A program made the position numbers and the translations under genes. From positions 1-64,000 of the IMG/VR virus record IMGVR_UViG_3300035698_012898: a stretch of 64,000 nt of DNA; one strand, 5' to 3'. The notes below the pieces were generated by a model. The model was not told the DNA's origin. It did not search any database and was given only the letters and a program-made list of their open reading frames with translations. Shown here piece by piece: positions 9,820 to 18,829 of the stretch. How positions within the stretch are numbered: the stretch's first letter is position 1; every line of letters begins with the position of its first letter. The DNA comes from a virus.

Positions 9820-11053
9820 CCTGATCCCTCCCCTGCTGCGATTCTGCCTTAAACAGCAAGTCCTCCGCCTGGTCTACCAAAGATGACACCCGATCACGCG
9901 CCTCCCCAGCAGACACGCGGTCTACAATCTCACCAAGCGTTACGAGCGCGTTAGACAATAAAGTACCACGCTCGTCACCCGAAGCCTTCTCAGCGGCACT
10001 GAAAATCTCTTCAGCTTCCTCCACAGCAGAAACCTCTGCCTCGACAATCGTCTGCGTCGAATAGACAGCTAACATCTCCTCCACCACCGAAGCATGTTCC
10101 GCAGCCTCCCAGAGCACGTATTTCAAAGCGGCAAAGTCAACCGTGTCAGCTACGGATACACCACGCAACCATGCCGATGCACGGATTATGTTCTCCGCAT
10201 GTTTCCAACGCCGCATGCTCAACACAATTTCCTTCTCAACCATGCTTGTACGTAGCTCGAATAGCTTGTCTAACAAAGCTGACGTAATCTCCACCCGCGC
10301 CGCGTCTTGAATCGCCTTGCGAACATCCTCAATACCTAACAACGGCTTCTCCATACTTGGAGAAAACTCTGGTGCCTGCATCATCTTCACGAACATCAGA
10401 CGATCCCCCAACGGCAAATACTTTACCTCCATCCGCATAAGCAAGCGGTCATAGAACGGAGAGTCCTCATCCCTGTACGGAAATGTATTCGAGTCGCAAA
10501 ACAATGACAACAACGGCACAGACAACCGTTGCCCCCCATTGTCAATATACCGCTCGTTAATAAGCGTATGCAAAGCAGCACGAGTCGCACCATTAGCGCG
10601 AAACACTTCCCCGATAAAGGCAAATGGTGCTTCTGGTAGTAGACTCGTTACACTCCGCACCCATCGATCATCCTCACGCAATGCCTTCAGAGAATACTGT
10701 CCGAGCAACACTTCTGGCGTAGTCGTTTTGTCCAAGTTCGCATGAAACGTCTCGTCACCTACACCAAGCAAATGCGTGTACAGGTTAATGGCTAACGTCT
10801 TGCCACAACCCCACCTTCCAACAAACAAGACATGCTCACGTGCTAACGTAGCAAGCACCATCACATCAATCATACCTGCTTGCCCAACCAAATACTTCTG
10901 GGCCGTCTCACGAAGCCCCAAGAATCCCGCTACGATCCGCTTACGTTCTTTGGCCGGCAAGACACCGTTGCTCGATGCCTTTTCTTCCTTGGTAAGGTCC
11001 TCCTCCTGGCCCAAACCGGCTTGGGCCGTCACGCCGCCCTTCACCTTTTTCAT
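9809..11053 (-). CDS. MoxR/RavA-family AAA+ ATPase
   Basis: EHVLFVGRWGCGKT Walker A, TTPEVLLG, LINER, FYDRL, LSMRRW; Walker B reads FAFIGE. Confidence 0.9.
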   Translation of the reverse strand: MKKVKGGVTAQAGLGQEEDLTKEEKASSNGVLPAKERKRIVAGFLGLRETAQKYLVGQAGMIDVMVLATLAREHVLFVGRWGCGKTLAINLYTHLLGVGDETFHANLDKTTTPEVLLGQYSLKALREDDRWVRSVTSLLPEAPFAFIGEVFRANGATRAALHTLINERYIDNGGQRLSVPLLSLFCDSNTFPYRDEDSPFYDRLLMRMEVKYLPLGDRLMFVKMMQAPEFSPSMEKPLLGIEDVRKAIQDAARVEITSALLDKLFELRTSMVEKEIVLSMRRWKHAENIIRASAWLRGVSVADTVDFAALKYVLWEAAEHASVVEEMLAVYSTQTIVEAEVSAVEEAEEIFSAAEKASGDERGTLLSNALVTLGEIVDRVSAGEARDRVSSLVDQAEDLLFKAESQQGRDQDAI

Positions 11054-11075
11054 CCTGCTTTCCTCCTACGTTTGT
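11045..11075. repeat. 31-bp direct repeat copy 1 (RBS + start cassette)
   Basis: 29/31 identical to 11989..12019; minus strand ACAAACGYAGGAGGAAAGYAGGATGAAAAAG. Confidence 0.85.
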
Positions 11076-11081
11076 GCTACG

Positions 11082-11348
11082 TTAACCTACGTTCATCTGA
11101 CACGGGACTACGCGCCAACCTTGTCGCCGAAGTGCCTTACGTTGTTGTTCTCGATCCCAAACGGCCCGCTCACGTATTGCAAGTTCAGCATATATAAGAC
11201 GTGTCCAACATTCTTGGACAGTTTTTGCCGTCTTGTTAACTGCAACGTAGTCCCTCCTAACACCATAGTCATTTCGGCATGCCCACCTTTGAACTGGAAC
11301 AAATCGTCCACGAACAATCCCGTCAGCATCTCGTTTACCCAATTGCAT
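11082..11348 (-). CDS. Small early hypothetical protein
   Basis: GGAGG RBS before ATG (MQLGKR...). Confidence 0.6.
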   Translation of the reverse strand: MQLGKRDADGIVRGRFVPVQRWACRNDYGVRRDYVAVNKTAKTVQECWTRLIYAELAIRERAVWDREQQRKALRRQGWRVVPCQMNVG

Positions 11349-11537
11349 AACATATCCTCCCACATTTGTATCTCCACTAGCACCTACGGACGCCCCCAGA
11401 CTATCCAGGGGCTACCGTTGAGGCTAAGAAGTAAGCTGCATCCTTCTCCCGAAGGCACCGTTACAGTTGTCATTACAACTTCCTCAATAAGCCGTACGTC
11501 TCATATTAAACGTGGCTGCCAACTGTCTAGGCACTGA

Positions 11538-11681
11538 TCACTTTGCCATCTTCAGAGGACAGCCCATCGTACCCGCTATCGCGTAATCGTACAGGCCATG
11601 GCCCTCTCCAGCCGCGTCTTGTAGAACGCCCATGACAGCCTGCTCTATGTCCTTGTTGAGCGCTATGGTATGCTTGCCCAT
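11538..11681 (-). CDS. 47-aa early protein (below ORF-track cutoff)
   Basis: CAGGAGG RBS then MGKHTIALNKDIEQAVMGVLQDAAGEGHGLYDYAIAGTMGCPLKMAK. Confidence 0.6.
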   Translation of the reverse strand: MGKHTIALNKDIEQAVMGVLQDAAGEGHGLYDYAIAGTMGCPLKMAK

Positions 11682-11715
11682 GTCTCCGTCCTCCTGTGCC
11701 CTTGTTTATCGCCAC

Positions 11716-11997
11716 TCAGTACGTTACACGCGCCGTGTTGAACACCTCGACCAGCCTGGGCACCAGAACCCGCGTGAGTATGCGGGCCCGTGTCCGTGCC
11801 TCGTTCAACCCGATAGCTGACTTGCGTAACAAAGCCCGCTCACGAACGATGAACTGCTTCGCAGCCTTGCGGTTAGCGAACCGCTGACAGTACGTGCTAC
11901 CAGACGGAGACACCACTGCAAACGACCACCGATTGTGTGCTACCTCGTGACCCTGTACAAGCCACCCTTTGAACTGGCGCTCACTTGTCTTTTTCAT
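11716..11997 (-). CDS. Small early hypothetical protein
   Basis: Strong AGGAGG RBS, 93 aa. Confidence 0.75.
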   Translation of the reverse strand: MKKTSERQFKGWLVQGHEVAHNRWSFAVVSPSGSTYCQRFANRKAAKQFIVRERALLRKSAIGLNEARTRARILTRVLVPRLVEVFNTARVTY

Positions 11998-12019
11998 CCT
12001 ACTTTCCTCCTGCGTTTGT
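11989..12019. repeat. 31-bp direct repeat copy 2
   Basis: 29/31 identical to 11045..11075. Confidence 0.85.
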
Positions 12020-12036
12020 TTGCTTCTGTTCCGACT

Positions 12037-12345
12037 CTAGCGGTCGCCCCATCCAAGCAAGTCAGAAATCACACCGGGCAGATAGCCGATCTGTGTGCCT
12101 TCACTCAAGTACAAGATGTCCGGTTCGTCGCCGTCCTTGAACTCGAACTTCGGCGAACCTTGCTCACTTTCCCATTCTCGTGCATGCGCATTCCGCGCTG
12201 CCTCTTTACGAGCATCTTCATCAACAAGGATAACCTCGTTGATACTATACTCCATTGCCCAACGCGGCTGCATTGCAAGCCGAACCTTAACGTCATCGTC
12301 TAGGCCGTCAAGCTCTTGCCGAAGGCCACCTACCGTGATACTCAT
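12037..12345 (-). CDS. Small acidic early hypothetical protein
   Basis: CAGGAG RBS; ITVGGLRQELDGLDDD.KVRLAMQP.W pattern common in phage small proteins. Confidence 0.8.
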   Translation of the reverse strand: MSITVGGLRQELDGLDDDVKVRLAMQPRWAMEYSINEVILVDEDARKEAARNAHAREWESEQGSPKFEFKDGDEPDILYLSEGTQIGYLPGVISDLLGWGDR

Positions 12346-12359
12346 TGTTCTTTCTCCTG

Positions 12360-13455
12360 TGTTTGCCGTTCTTTCTTGTAGTCATTTTATGAACGGAATC
12401 TCACCGTTGTCAGGCATGGCCCATTTAAAAGCGCCCCACTGATTTCCCGCAGCGACGGGGTTCCATACAAAAGCAGATTCCATCACTAGAATCTGACCCT
12501 CTTTTCGGGCTACCGACTCAGGGATTATTGCGCATGGGGACTTGTATGCGCGGACTCTCGATTAAGACGTTCTAGGGGCCCTGTCACCAGATTAGGCAGG
12601 CGTTTGCCGTCACGGCCATCGCTCATACTTCGAGGCGCGGCCACCGGCGGTACCTGCTGTACCCTGTCTCTTTCCTCTGACAGTCTACATAAAATGACTA
12701 CAAGAAAGAACGAACAATGTCTTCCTCTCGACACCCTATCCAAACCAAACAAGGCGTCTAGGGGAAGACGTTGCTTAGTAGGACCAAAGTCCGTTCACCA
12801 ACGCCCTTCCTCGCGCTATTTCTACACGTTCATTCGCGTGAGCTTGCACCGTTGATGCATCCCAAAGATTGTTGTCCATCGCCGTACCGCTTGACCGGGC
12901 TCCATCTATCCGATGTGCCCTGTCCTGCCGCTACGTTCTACATGCTCACCGATTCTCGGCGACCGATTACCACACTGGGTGACCCCGTTACGCTGTCTGC
13001 CTCTGGTACTCGACGTACACTATGGGCTGCCACGTTTTTTGCAGTAGGTTTGGTGTCGTTCACCGGAAGCTGTCTGGGCTGTTGGCACTCGACGCGCGCT
13101 TATCCCTGCCACTTCCGTCCTCCAAACCGCGTCCCGAACTTCATTCCCGCTCTGGGCACCCGACTGGATTGCGCTGTAACCTTTCTACTGCTTCGAGGTA
13201 GGTCGTCCGCCAGACGTTAATGCAACTCCATCTATCAGATGTGTTGCATCTTAATAGCCCGACGATTCTCCGAGGGCTGTCTGACCGATGTGGTCTGCCG
13301 TCCTCGTTCTTGAGCACGCAACGATGACTGGCTCCTATAGCCTCGTCATCTTCTGCGAACCGCGTCCGCTTTGTTTCCCTATGCTTTGCAGCCCCGTTTG
13401 GGAGCCTGCGCCGCTACCAGCCTGCCGTGTCCTGTAAGGAGCGGAGATGCTAACC
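12360..13455 (-). ncRNA. Candidate large structured non-coding RNA region
   Basis: About 1.1 kb with no credible minus-strand ORF in a gene-dense genome; many nested stems with purine-rich loops on the minus strand; a duplicated hairpin module; downstream of the early promoter. Confidence 0.6.
12367..12712. repeat. Perfect 25-bp inverted repeat enclosing 296 bp
   Basis: CGTTCTTTCTTGTAGTCATTTTATG (12367-12391) / CATAAAATGACTACAAGAAAGAACG (12688-12712). Confidence 0.97.
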
Positions 13456-13634
13456 TTACCCGGCCTCTTTGACAAGCCTTCTCGCTGATTCATATGTCAA
13501 TACGTTGTCGCTTGCTAGCGACCCTATCGTCGGCGGAGTACCGTCCTTCGCCCCACCGACCGCTTCAATTGTCTTGGCCTGCCTTGTCAAGTGCCGTGGG
13601 CCAAACCGGCACGACCGCCCGAAGGCGGTTTCGG

Positions 13635-13871
13635 CTACGTCGTATATAGAACATACCATTCATTGTTATGCACACGAACCTGATACGTGCCGTCACCATG
13701 ATCACGTAGCCGCGCAAAGTCAAACCGAAGCCAGATCGCCTTTGCTGCATCACTTGGACAGTCCTCCCCGCGGAAGCAATTGCTAAGCGTATACGCAATA
13801 CACCGAGTGACCGATCCGAAAACCTCGTCAATCTTCTTTGTCCTATTTTTCGCTATCGTTCTTACCTTCAT
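13635..13871 (-). CDS. First early gene, hypothetical
   Basis: CAGGAGG RBS, ATG 13871 (MKVRTIAK...), immediately downstream of promoter. Confidence 0.75.
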   Translation of the reverse strand: MKVRTIAKNRTKKIDEVFGSVTRCIAYTLSNCFRGEDCPSDAAKAIWLRFDFARLRDHGDGTYQVRVHNNEWYVLYTT

Positions 13872-13920
13872 CGTCTTGTCCTCCTGTTTGTCCCGCCGTT
13901 CCTCGTTCAACTCTGATCGA

Positions 13921-13949
13921 AGTATAGCAAAAAAAACGTCAAAAGTCAA
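13921..13949 (-). promoter_or_regulatory. Strong sigma70-type early promoter
   Basis: TTGACT-N17-TATACT with extended -10 TG and A-tract upstream. Confidence 0.85.
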
Positions 13950-14025
13950 GTCTTTTTTTCATCTTATATAACCTCTTTAGTATCAAGGACTTACAAGGCA
14001 GCATGCAACCAGACTCCCCCCTTTT

Positions 14026-15078
14026 TCACGTCAATGCCAGCCGTTTAGCCGCGCGAATGACATTAAAAAGAACGTCCCTAGGACTCCCTCCAAGGTAAGT
14101 ATTTTCCGCAGCGTCATTTATAAGAGGGGTCCATGGCCGTGACAGCAAGACGTTTGCACATCCCGCGTCCACAAGACTCCTTGCTACCATCTCCGCTGCT
14201 TCATCCGCACCATAATCCAACGCCACAATTATCCTTGTAAACCTTTGCGTCAACGTCCGCGCTTGAGCACCAGATACCGTACTCCCCAGCAGCGCCACTG
14301 CCATACCGGGCAGAGCAAGCACATCCATCGGACCCTCGACCAGCACGATTAACTTCCGCACAGGATGCACAGCATGCAGCCCATACACCGTCCCGCCTTT
14401 GCCAACACCAGGAGCATGATAACTCTTTGTCGGATACCCTTTACGCGTGCCTTTGAAGTCCGTAGTGCGCGTTGTCCAATGTACGAGCCGATCATCCTTG
14501 TATTCTGGAAACACAATGTGACCTTGGTAACGATCACCAATAGGCTTCCGTTCTACAAACAAAAGCCCATACTGTTGATAATGGGCGGGACCGAAGCCCC
14601 GCCCATGGAGATAGCGACGACCTTCCATTGCAGAAGGTGACGCGATGGGAACACATCCAAGAGGCAACAACACAGTTGGTTGTTCACCTTTCATTGGCAA
14701 AGCCGCCTTCAGAAGAAGACGCATACCACTTTCTAATGGACGATGATCATCTACCCATAGCTTAGCATACTGTCCTTGTCCAGATACTAACTCTGACGCA
14801 CGTTTAATAGCATCGTCTCTCGTAAGCTGTTCCAAGTCCATCAGCAAGCCGACAAGATTCCTCGCATATCCGCAACTGAAACAGTGCACCACTGCTTTCC
14901 GCACATTAAAGTATAAATGCCCAAGCGTCCCGCAAGAAGGGCAATCCGAAATCATTTCATCAGGATTCCCGGATGATACTGCACCAAGTGTCTCCTCACC
15001 AAAGTCTATCATGCAATCTGTAGCAACCCCCATAGGCGTTCCACCAATATACATATCCGCATCGCCTACAAAGCTCAT
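14026..15078 (-). CDS. DNA primase (Zn finger + Toprim)
   Basis: CPSC..HLY..HCFSC; LVEGPMDVL, ALLG, ALDYGAD; likely start at ATGA overlap with helicase stop. Confidence 0.9.
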   Translation of the reverse strand: MSFVGDADMYIGGTPMGVATDCMIDFGEETLGAVSSGNPDEMISDCPSCGTLGHLYFNVRKAVVHCFSCGYARNLVGLLMDLEQLTRDDAIKRASELVSGQGQYAKLWVDDHRPLESGMRLLLKAALPMKGEQPTVLLPLGCVPIASPSAMEGRRYLHGRGFGPAHYQQYGLLFVERKPIGDRYQGHIVFPEYKDDRLVHWTTRTTDFKGTRKGYPTKSYHAPGVGKGGTVYGLHAVHPVRKLIVLVEGPMDVLALPGMAVALLGSTVSGAQARTLTQRFTRIIVALDYGADEAAEMVARSLVDAGCANVLLSRPWTPLINDAAENTYLGGSPRDVLFNVIRAAKRLALT

Positions 15079-16472
15079 GGTATGTAACCTCCCTTCGACC
15101 ACCCTTGCGTTGGGCACTGTCGGATAGTCATCGTACTTGGGTCAACAAAGCAATCCACCACAGTTGTGTCCCCACCTCCGAGCCTGTTACCAAGCATAGC
15201 CATTCGCATCCTACCCTTTTCCTTTTCAGCGTCCGTCTGACAGATACCAATTATTACATCAGCAATCATTACCTTCTGAAGATCCGCAGACACATCACTC
15301 AGACGAATGGTTTGCTTTGTGTAACTCGCACGATTTGTTTGGGAGGCTGTCCAGACAGCGCAGTTGAAGTCTGAAGCAAGTTGACGTAGCTCCGTAACAG
15401 TGTGGCCTATATCTGGTGAATCCCATTTCTGCTTCTTGCACACGAGCAAGTCTGCATAATCTACCAGCACCACGTCCATTTTAAACCCCGACTCTGCTTC
15501 TATTGCTCGTAGCCAAACGTACAAATCCCCCATCGTTGCACAATTCGATCCCCACTGCTTGATAAACACTTGACCTTTAAGAGCTATTGTTGCTCCAGCT
15601 ACCGCTGCCCTATGCGCCAATGGTTCTGCCGCCAAGGCATTAACGGCTATACCCGTATGATGTCCATCCAACCGCATAGCGTAATCTTTTTGACTAAGCT
15701 CAAAGGTAGCTATTGCAACATTATTTCCAAGAGCAGCCGCAGAAGCAGCAGCTTGTGCTAGAAACAAACTCTTGCCCTTTTTAGTTGGCCCCATGATAAG
15801 ACCAAGTGTGCCTATTTCCAAACCACCACGCATTAGTTCATCAAGGATTGGTATGCCTATTGGTGCGTGTTTAGCCATCTTCTTATGCTCTGCATATAAG
15901 CGCAACTTACTTACAGGGTCATTATAATTTATACCAAGATCCTTACTAACATCCTGACCGCGTACTGCTGCCTCAACCTTGCTTAGTATGCCTGTAAAGT
16001 CATCTTGATCCCATAACTTTACACTTGCTAACAAGGCATCACGAACACGGCTCTTAGTCAAAAAGGTTCCTACGGTTTTCTTAACGTGTTCGGCAGTTGT
16101 ACCGTTCAACGTAGGCCGTTGCACCAGGTCCCGACAAACACGTATAGCGTCTTCGTATTGTCCGTGTCTTGCAGACTTGGCAGGCATCACGTTGTACATG
16201 CGGACTAACTCAGAAAGGACCCCCACGACTCCGACAGGCTTGTTACTGGATGTACCATACAATGTTCGTGCTGCATGATAAATAATTGCATGCGTAGAAA
16301 TTGTAAATACATCTGCTCCTACTACTGGCAATAAGAGTCCTGCAAACTGCAAATCAAACAAGACAAGCCATACTACTGCCTGTTCAAACTCTTTGCCGTA
16401 CTCACGTTCAAATTGAATAGGCACTGGGGAAGTACCTACATCAACAGGGATATTCAAATCAACCTTTGTCAT
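15075..16472 (-). CDS. DnaB-like replicative helicase
   Basis: GPTKKGKS, TFELS, LVDYADLL, WTASQTNR. Confidence 0.92.
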   Translation of the reverse strand: MTKVDLNIPVDVGTSPVPIQFEREYGKEFEQAVVWLVLFDLQFAGLLLPVVGADVFTISTHAIIYHAARTLYGTSSNKPVGVVGVLSELVRMYNVMPAKSARHGQYEDAIRVCRDLVQRPTLNGTTAEHVKKTVGTFLTKSRVRDALLASVKLWDQDDFTGILSKVEAAVRGQDVSKDLGINYNDPVSKLRLYAEHKKMAKHAPIGIPILDELMRGGLEIGTLGLIMGPTKKGKSLFLAQAAASAAALGNNVAIATFELSQKDYAMRLDGHHTGIAVNALAAEPLAHRAAVAGATIALKGQVFIKQWGSNCATMGDLYVWLRAIEAESGFKMDVVLVDYADLLVCKKQKWDSPDIGHTVTELRQLASDFNCAVWTASQTNRASYTKQTIRLSDVSADLQKVMIADVIIGICQTDAEKEKGRMRMAMLGNRLGGGDTTVVDCFVDPSTMTIRQCPTQGWSKGGYIP

Positions 16473-16723
16473 ACGCCATTAGCTCCCATCGCTTTTGCTA
16501 CTTACTATCTCCAAAGTTTCGTAGCCCGCACTATATACCCCCTCATACTTTATCTCTTATATGATCTCCTTTATTGTATACCGTATACACCATGTATACT
16601 TCTTTTTTTCTTAACAACTTTACCAAAAAGACTCTACCTATAATAAGCGTTTTGGAAGGGAAAGTTGAACAAGTATTTTTGACTAAGCATAGCTAACGTG
16701 TTGCGGCGTATAGAGTTAGCGTC

Positions 16724-16750
16724 GGAAAAATATAAAGCGGCCTTTATATT
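16724..16750 (-). terminator. Possible terminator after lysis genes
   Basis: AATATAAAG-GCCG-CTTTATATT then TTT, directly after holin-like stop. Confidence 0.4.
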
Positions 16751-16751
16751 A

Positions 16752-17024
16752 TTACATTTTTCCCTTTGAAAACAAGACTTCCCAAGGCCAGTGCCATAAG
16801 TAAACGCCACCACCCCGGTAGTTCTTTCTCAGGTTGTCAATAGCTTTGTACACAGCAGGTACAATAGCCACAAGCAATACCTGCCAATTGGCTGCGAAGG
16901 TATCCCATGCAGCAGGCAAGTCTTCCGAAGCGACAACGACGGCAGAGCCCACACCAAACGTGGCGACTGCCCACACCCAAACGGCTTTCCATAAGGTTAC
17001 TGCTAAGCTGTACTTCATTCCCAT
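16752..17024 (-). CDS. Holin-like membrane protein
   Basis: Two hydrophobic segments, adjacent to endolysin. Confidence 0.6.
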   Translation of the reverse strand: MGMKYSLAVTLWKAVWVWAVATFGVGSAVVVASEDLPAAWDTFAANWQVLLVAIVPAVYKAIDNLRKNYRGGGVYLWHWPWEVLFSKGKM

Positions 17025-17049
17025 GTCTCACGCTCCTTTTGTTAGTTAC

Positions 17050-17826
17050 TTACTCGTACGTATCACCAAAAGGATCACCAACCAAAGGTGACCCATAGAC
17101 GCTGTTAAAGGCAAAGCTTGTATGCGGCCCAAGATGACCATCCACAAGAAGAACTATCCCTGGAAATGTATTGAGATGTTCTTGCACCAGCATGCTTTGT
17201 ACTTTATCCATTGACGCATATGTTACAAGCGGCGAAAACTGATTACGTGTTATAGACACGATACCCAATTCTGCCAGCCTACGCAAAATTACACCGGCCC
17301 CACATTGTCTTGATCGTGCTGTCGCTGCGAACTTTCCATCAGCAACGTACTTGCCTTTATCATAATGATTTGACCCAGCCCACAGGTACGGGGACAACAC
17401 GTTAGGATGGTGCAGGCGATAGCCCCAACCATTGTATCGCTCCAGAATGTACAGCACATCTGCAATGCCCCAATGTGTCCGACAATGCATCCTGGTCATC
17501 CTGATAGCATCCAAGGCACTTTCTTCCCACGTGTACGGAGGGTCATGTGTCTTAGGTCTACCAGCAGGTACACGAGTTGTCTTGCCGGTCAAGGGATCGC
17601 CATTGTGCAGGTGCGCCGTAAAAGATGACGCACTTTCCATGTGGTGAAGCAAGCCAACGATATACCAAGGAATTCCCAGGATGTTCCCTACTGCGTTGTA
17701 CACCTTTTGATGACCGAGAACCTTAGCCAACACTATGTTGGCACCGCTACGGCGATCCTCACGTATACGACAAGTCTTGAAGAGTATGTCATATTCCGTG
17801 CGCAAACGTTTGGTTAGGTGAATCAT
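17050..17826 (-). CDS. Endolysin (lysozyme-like fold) with C-terminal peptidoglycan-binding motif
   Basis: HHMES..F..HLHNGDPL, ERYNGWGY, SPYLW, GKYVADG; VDGHLGPHT. Confidence 0.85.
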   Translation of the reverse strand: MIHLTKRLRTEYDILFKTCRIREDRRSGANIVLAKVLGHQKVYNAVGNILGIPWYIVGLLHHMESASSFTAHLHNGDPLTGKTTRVPAGRPKTHDPPYTWEESALDAIRMTRMHCRTHWGIADVLYILERYNGWGYRLHHPNVLSPYLWAGSNHYDKGKYVADGKFAATARSRQCGAGVILRRLAELGIVSITRNQFSPLVTYASMDKVQSMLVQEHLNTFPGIVLLVDGHLGPHTSFAFNSVYGSPLVGDPFGDTYE

Positions 17827-17870
17827 CTTATCATCTTTCTCTCGTGCTGCCCAGGATTGATATGGAATTG

Positions 17871-18215
17871 TTATTCCCCCGATGAAGATGTCTCTTGTTC
17901 GACCTCCTCAGCAAGGGCAGCTTGTGCAGCAAGTGCTTTGGCCGTTACTTGCTGCTGCTGTTGTTCAGCAACAAGGGCAATGAATGTCCGAAGCGTACGG
18001 CCTGCTAACTGGATAGTAGCATGTTCATCCAAATAGCCTCTGTACCCTCCGTCAAGACCACTAGCTGAGGCTGTCTCCAGGATAAGCACAGCATCCGTTA
18101 CCGTCATGTTTGGAACTGGTAGGATACGATCTTCCTTAGCCATGTTCCAACAGATGACACCTGCAATCGTAGCCGCAAGAAACGCCACTAACACCATACC
18201 TAGAATCTGTTTCAT
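17871..18215 (-). CDS. Membrane-anchored/secreted hypothetical protein
   Basis: MKQILGMVLVAFLAATIAGVIC N-terminal hydrophobic helix. Confidence 0.65.
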   Translation of the reverse strand: MKQILGMVLVAFLAATIAGVICWNMAKEDRILPVPNMTVTDAVLILETASASGLDGGYRGYLDEHATIQLAGRTLRTFIALVAEQQQQQVTAKALAAQAALAEEVEQETSSSGE

Positions 18216-18289
18216 CTTTCGTCTCCTTATCTTATCCTCATTGTACACAACACCTCAGCCACAATGGCAAAGGTAACATCTCCATATGA

Positions 18290-18697
18290 TTATTCTTCCA
18301 GCGCAAAAGGGTCTTTTGGTATTGTCTCTTCGACTGATATAAGCCATTTGGTTATCTCGGTTATAGTATCCGCACTTCCTGTACCCAATCTGAGTAATGC
18401 TTCACGTGCAGCAGCTATACTTTTTGCCTTGTCTATTGCTGCTGGTTCTGGAAATACGTAGGCAACCCATGCTGCCTTTTGTTCATTTGTTAATGTGGCA
18501 TCCAGGAATGCCCACATGATGCGCCATTCCTGATTACATTTGATTTGCATGCTGTCCTCATTCCATAGTGCAGGTACAGCAAGTTGTGCGTTTGCACGAC
18601 AACATCCAAGCGCAATTGCCAGTACCACTGCTATACCAAGCACTACAGAAAGTACGCCCTTTCCACCTCGTGTTGCTATCAAAAATCCTCGTATCAT
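18290..18697 (-). CDS. Secreted hypothetical protein
   Basis: AAGGAG RBS; hydrophobic stretch followed by ANA-Q cleavage-like site. Confidence 0.65.
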   Translation of the reverse strand: MIRGFLIATRGGKGVLSVVLGIAVVLAIALGCCRANAQLAVPALWNEDSMQIKCNQEWRIMWAFLDATLTNEQKAAWVAYVFPEPAAIDKAKSIAAAREALLRLGTGSADTITEITKWLISVEETIPKDPFALEE

Positions 18698-18829
18698 TTT
18701 GTCGTCTCCTTTGGTCGCGTTATCCTCAATCATACATACTGCCTTGCCAAAAGCCAACAAGCGTTTGTAAGCACACTTACAAGCACCACTGCATACCAAT
18801 GCCAACCCGTTTGTCTCCGTTGCGTTTCA

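Noticed and set aside
12780-13455. CsrB-like GGA sponge
   Set aside because: About 21 GGA in ~680 nt is roughly what the G/A-rich composition predicts, and most are not in hairpin loops
12360-13455. CRISPR array, tRNA, tmRNA, RNase P or hammerhead
   Set aside because: No regular repeat-spacer period, no T-loop/CCA ends, GAGGAAAG not followed by UCC, no CUGANGA/GAAA core
13456-13659. ORF 13456..13659 as a real gene
   Set aside because: No clear RBS or motif; possible but unsupported
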